Of a stretch of DNA of 64,000 bases, positions 60,333-64,000 are shown piece by piece. This DNA comes from Candidatus Marinacidobacterales bacterium (GTDB lineage Bacteria; Acidobacteriota; Vicinamibacteria; Marinacidobacterales; SMYC01). How positions within the stretch are numbered: the first letter of the stretch is position 1; the number at the start of each line of letters is the position of its first letter. Position numbers and translations under genes: made by a program. The notes under the pieces are model-generated. The model had not been told where the DNA came from. It saw nothing but the letters and a program-made list of their open reading frames with translations, and made no database searches. Where the stretch lies: positions 5,952,001 to 6,016,000 of the forward strand of contig OZ250169.1 of assembly GCA_965237955.1 (NCBI GenBank), written 5' to 3'.

Positions 60333-60892
60333 GATTTCACCTCCAAAGACTTCACCATTCTAAGCGCACGCTGCCCGGCTGGGTACACGCCTACCCCGTC
60401 TCGGAGACGAAATCCGTGGCGCGCGAAAAACCGTTGCGCCTTCGAGTTCCCCTCGGCGACCACGAGCCACACTTCGCACGCCGGCGGATCCGCGTTTGCG
60501 GCGAGAGAGAGCGCGTGAGCGAGCAAGCGTTTTCCGACACCACGCGATTGATATTCCGGTTCGACCGCAATCGCAACGAGATCCGCGACCAGGCCTCCGG
60601 AACCTTCCGAGTCCCGGTAGGTCGTGAGCATGAAAAACCCGGCACGGTTGCCGTCGAGCTCGGCGACATAGCTGGAAACAGCATCGTTCTCGAACCAATC
60701 CCTGAGGTAGTTGTCATAACTCCCGTAGGCAAGGAACGCTTTGTGAGCGACGGATCGTACGAACGCCGCGTCATCCTTGGACGAAGCCCCCGTCCTCCGG
60801 AGCACGATATTCTCGTCGCGGGAGGTTTGCTTTCGAGCCTTTTGGGCCTTTCGGGCCCTTCGGGGAAGTCTAGAACGGTCCGGGGAGGGCAT
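60329..60892 (-). CDS. GNAT acetyltransferase
   Basis: IAVEPEYQSRGVGKRLL, N..AQRFF..GF. Confidence 0.88.
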   Translation of the reverse strand: MPSPDRSRLPRRARKAQKARKQTSRDENIVLRRTGASSKDDAAFVRSVAHKAFLAYGSYDNYLRDWFENDAVSSYVAELDGNRAGFFMLTTYRDSEGSGGLVADLVAIAVEPEYQSRGVGKRLLAHALSLAANADPPACEVWLVVAEGNSKAQRFFARHGFRLRDGVGVYPAGQRALRMVKSLEVKS

Positions 60893-61301
60893 CCGTGATG
60901 ACCCGAAAATCCTGAACCGGCGACGTCACCACACGCTGACCTTCGGTGGAAAGCTCGCAGCAAAGACCGACGCCTATCCACGCAACCTTCAAGAGGGTCC
61001 CCCCGAAGCCCGAGCCACACAGGTACGCGAGCCGCTCGGTGGGGAAGAATCGGCCGCCTTGTACCAGCACTTTCCAATCCCTAGGCTCGACCACCGTGAT
61101 CTTGTACTCGGTGTTGCGTGTCGTCACCGCGAGGCGCGTCACCGGGGCCAGGCTACCGACATGGAGTCCTTTGAGTTCCGAGGTTGCTTCGGTGAAGCCA
61201 GAAAGCGTGCAGTGCCGGGGCACGAGGATTTCACCGCTCTGTTCCGTTTCGAGCGACGTCGTCGTGACCCAATCTGATTTCTGCATGCTGTTCGTGCTCA
61301 A
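60870..61301 (-). CDS. Hypothetical protein
   Basis: 143 aa overlapping both neighbours; TRNTEY, GGRFF, VTSPV. Confidence 0.65.
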   Translation of the reverse strand: MSTNSMQKSDWVTTTSLETEQSGEILVPRHCTLSGFTEATSELKGLHVGSLAPVTRLAVTTRNTEYKITVVEPRDWKVLVQGGRFFPTERLAYLCGSGFGGTLLKVAWIGVGLCCELSTEGQRVVTSPVQDFRVITDALPGPF

Positions 61302-62725
61302 TAATCTAGAAGTGCGCGCGCGAATTCATCTTCCACGTGATCGGCTCGGTACTGACGACGAATCCCATTGGTCACGACGGAGAAGACCATCGGTCTGCGG
61401 CGCTCCGAAAATGCGAACCCAGATAACGAGCTTACGTTCGCGAGGCTACCCGTCTTCGCAATGATACGACCCATATGGTCCTCGTTCAAGAACCGCCGTG
61501 CGAGCGTACCGTCGACGCCCCCGAGAGCGAGCGAGCAAATGACGTCGGTCCGGAGCTCCGGCGCCTTGTAGAGCTCCTCCAAGACCCTCACCAGGATCGC
61601 GGCGCTGAGAAAGTTGTCGTAGGAGAGTCCCGAGCCGTCATCGATGCGAAAATCGTTCTTGCTGAAGCCGAGCCCGACGAGGTATTCGGCCACGGCGCGT
61701 CCGCCCGATTCGAAGCTCCCGGGCTCGCCCCAACGGTGAGCACCGAGTGCCTTCAACATCTGCTCCGCCGAGAAATTGTTGCTGTACTTGCCGAGCGCGC
61801 TCAGCACTTCGACGAGCCGCGCCGAGGTATGCACATACAGCGGTTGAAGATCTTTGCCTTCGACACGCCCGTTCACTACCAGGCCGGGGACGGAGACGCC
61901 TTTTTCGCGAAGCTTGCCGACAAGCGCGGCGGCAAAGTACTGCGTCGGATCGGGCGCGATGAAGCTTCCGATGCGCTCTTCCTCATCACCTTGGATGACG
62001 CGGCCTCTCACGATGACACGGTCACGTCGCAGCTTTTGGACCCGCATCCACGGGCGTCCTCTCGTGGCCGTCGTCACCCGGTTGAGAACGTCAAAGTAGC
62101 CGTAGCCTCCGTCGTGGATTTGTGCGCGGCTTCCGGCAGCGCCCGGCATCGCTTTGATCTCGACGCGATTGAAGTTGTAGGAAAGAGCGCTCTGGATCGG
62201 AAGACCTTCCTTCAAAATGTTGTCGTATGACGCCGGTCCCCGCAGGCGATCGTCGAAAAAGCTGTCGTCGAGGATGATATTGCCTTCGATCGCGCGCACG
62301 CCGCGCTCTGCCAGCGAGTGGGCGATGTAGTCCATCTCATCACTCGTCAGCGACGGGTCGCCGCTGCCGTGCACGTACACGTTGCCCTTGACCACACCGT
62401 CCTCGAGCGGTCCGTCAACGAGGAACTCGGTCGGAAACCGGTAGTTCGGGCCGAGGTAGTGGAGGCTCGCACCGATGATCGGGAGCTTCATCCCGGATGC
62501 GGGCACGAACTTCTTGTCCGGGTTGTGCTCGTAGATGGTCGCTCCGGTCGTCATATCCTTGACGACAACGCCGATGGCCCGCCTGAGCCTGAAGCGTCTG
62601 CGGATTCCGTCGAGCTTTTTCGCGAGCTCTTTATCGACGTCGTTGGCGGTGAGCGAGGGGGGAGAAAACAGGAGCGCGAGCAACAGCCAGAGTACCCGTG
62701 TCCCGAATCGCCCCAAAACCTGCAC
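61298..62725 (-). CDS. dacB: D-Ala-D-Ala carboxypeptidase/endopeptidase PBP4 (S13)
   Basis: PASGMK (SxxK), GSGDP, SNN, DGSGLS, KTG. Confidence 0.93.
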   Translation of the reverse strand: MQVLGRFGTRVLWLLLALLFSPPSLTANDVDKELAKKLDGIRRRFRLRRAIGVVVKDMTTGATIYEHNPDKKFVPASGMKLPIIGASLHYLGPNYRFPTEFLVDGPLEDGVVKGNVYVHGSGDPSLTSDEMDYIAHSLAERGVRAIEGNIILDDSFFDDRLRGPASYDNILKEGLPIQSALSYNFNRVEIKAMPGAAGSRAQIHDGGYGYFDVLNRVTTATRGRPWMRVQKLRRDRVIVRGRVIQGDEEERIGSFIAPDPTQYFAAALVGKLREKGVSVPGLVVNGRVEGKDLQPLYVHTSARLVEVLSALGKYSNNFSAEQMLKALGAHRWGEPGSFESGGRAVAEYLVGLGFSKNDFRIDDGSGLSYDNFLSAAILVRVLEELYKAPELRTDVICSLALGGVDGTLARRFLNEDHMGRIIAKTGSLANVSSLSGFAFSERRRPMVFSVVTNGIRRQYRADHVEDEFARALLDY

Positions 62726-62875
62726 CCCTTTTAGGTGGTTACACTTGCAATTCTATACCAATCATAGCGCTCTCCCGAAACCGATCAAGGCTCGTCCCGA
62801 CCCACGGTCTCGATCGCGTCGACAAGGCTCGATTCGGATTGGCTGCCGAGGAGCTCGACGGGTTCCACCTTGGGT

Positions 62876-63453
62876 TCAGGAGGCGCGGAGTGGGACCGGT
62901 GGCACAACTTGGTTGATCGTCCCGTTGCTTACGTCGTAGACGAAGCCGGAGACGACCAGTTGGTCTGGCGTTCCGGGAGTGTGGCGGAGTCGTTCGACAT
63001 CGTCTTGCACAGACGTCGTAGGGTCGTTGATTGCCATCGCCGATACTTCGTCGACACTGAGGCCGAGCCGTTTTGCCACCTGTCCCTGGATGGCCGGGTT
63101 GGTGAGACGAGACATTCCGCAATCGGTGTGGTGGATAACGACAAGTTCCGGCCGCATAGGACTGGTTCCTGGCTGGCTGACGGCGGCGGCCAGAACGCCG
63201 AGAATACCGAGATCTCGCATCACGGCGGGAGTGATTCTACCGCCTGCGTTACGTATGACGAGTGCGTCGCCGAGTCCGAGCCCGAAGAGGTGTGCAGGAT
63301 CGACGCGGGCGTCGAGGCAGGTCAAAGGATCGTTGACATACGGGGCGAAATCTTAAGGTCTCCTGCCGCGAACTGCTCAGCAAAGCTACGGTTGCGATCC
63401 AGTAGCGTGGTCAGGTCCGCCGTCGCTTCCCCTGTTGTCTGCTCCTTAGTCAT
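62876..63453 (-). pseudogene. Beta-class carbonic anhydrase, frameshift near 63325
   Basis: ATG 63453 with RBS gives ..LLDRNRSFA..; then TCLDARVDP, RNAGGR, HHTDCG. Confidence 0.85.
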
Positions 63454-63488
63454 TCTGTCTTCCTCCTTCCTGAACGTATTTCCGTACC

Positions 63489-64000
63489 CTATTCATGCTC
63501 CGCCCTCCATTCTTTGTTTTGGTAACAAAATTCAGGGTTCTTCAGTGTGGGATGTCCCTGCACGTGGTGGTAGGTCTCTAAATCAGGAACGCGGGTCAGC
63601 ATGACCTCCATTAAATTCTTGAGGGCCCTCACTTTATTCACTACAGAAGGCGTTGCGACGGAACTCTCCGCAATATAGCGCCGGGCAATCGTTTCAAAAT
63701 CCTCCGGATCTCTCCCGACGATGTCCTTCACCACGCTGGTCGGCGCGCTTACTTCCATGGTTCCGTTGAACGCTTCCTCGTTGTAATCCGCGACCTGGGA
63801 ATACGTATAGATTGGGAGTCCGGCCGCCTTTACCGCCTTTCGAAACATTTGTTTGGACATTTTCTGAACCACAACCTTTCTTCCCAGGATCTTCCCGATA
63901 ATGTCCGCCATTTCCTGCGTCGAGAGGATCTTGGGTCCGGTCGGGCGATAGGTTTTTCCTGTGTGTTTTTCTGGGTCCTTAAGGATATGGGCCGCCACCG
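63489..64000 (-). CDS. NmrA-like NAD(P)-binding protein, 3' part (runs off the window end)
   Basis: HTGKTYRPTGP..MADIIGKILGRKV..IVGRDPEDF. Confidence 0.75.
   Translation of the reverse strand, partial: VAAHILKDPEKHTGKTYRPTGPKILSTQEMADIIGKILGRKVVVQKMSKQMFRKAVKAAGLPIYTYSQVADYNEEAFNGTMEVSAPTSVVKDIVGRDPEDFETIARRYIAESSVATPSVVNKVRALKNLMEVMLTRVPDLETYHHVQGHPTLKNPEFCYQNKEWRAEHE

Noticed and set aside
2202-60890. KOPS (GGGNAGGG) polarity converging on dif
   Set aside because: Plus-strand hits were noticed on both sides of dif (2202, 17207, 58191, about 60882); too few and inconsistent to count as support.
1-64000. CRISPR array, integron cassette array, rRNA or tRNA
   Set aside because: No regularly spaced 25-40 bp repeats, attC series, cas or intI genes, or cloverleaf were seen by eye; tRNAscan and CRISPR finders were not run.

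Overview
A GC-rich bacterial chromosomal segment; the gene content suggests Acidobacteriota, which is an inference. The core block holds dnaE2 and a truncated imuB, ssb, the tol-pal-cpoB operon, recN-miaB-DUF151-parA-parB, a chorismate mutase/prephenate dehydratase/DAHP synthase fusion with a Phe-rich leader peptide, and dacB. It is interleaved with decaying accessory DNA: two IS256, one ISL3, one ISAzo13, an IS91-like remnant, five broken toxin-antitoxin modules and many gene fragments. The ORF track misses several signals. (1) A near-canonical XerCD dif site at 28920-28947 lies about 6.5 kb from a parAB pair whose parB carries a 16-bp parS-like palindrome inside its own coding sequence. (2) Two selenoprotein genes lie within about 2 kb (AhpC/TSA-type with UxxC, and OsmC-like), each with an in-frame UGA followed by a SECIS-like hairpin. 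(3) An ISL3-split membrane Ser/Thr kinase is coupled to an FHA-GAF class III cyclase with non-standard specificity residues. (4) A 6.2-kb island with two reductive-dehalogenase-like genes is bounded by a 137-bp direct repeat. No CRISPR array, rRNA or tRNA was recognised. Some single-base frameshifts may be sequencing errors.
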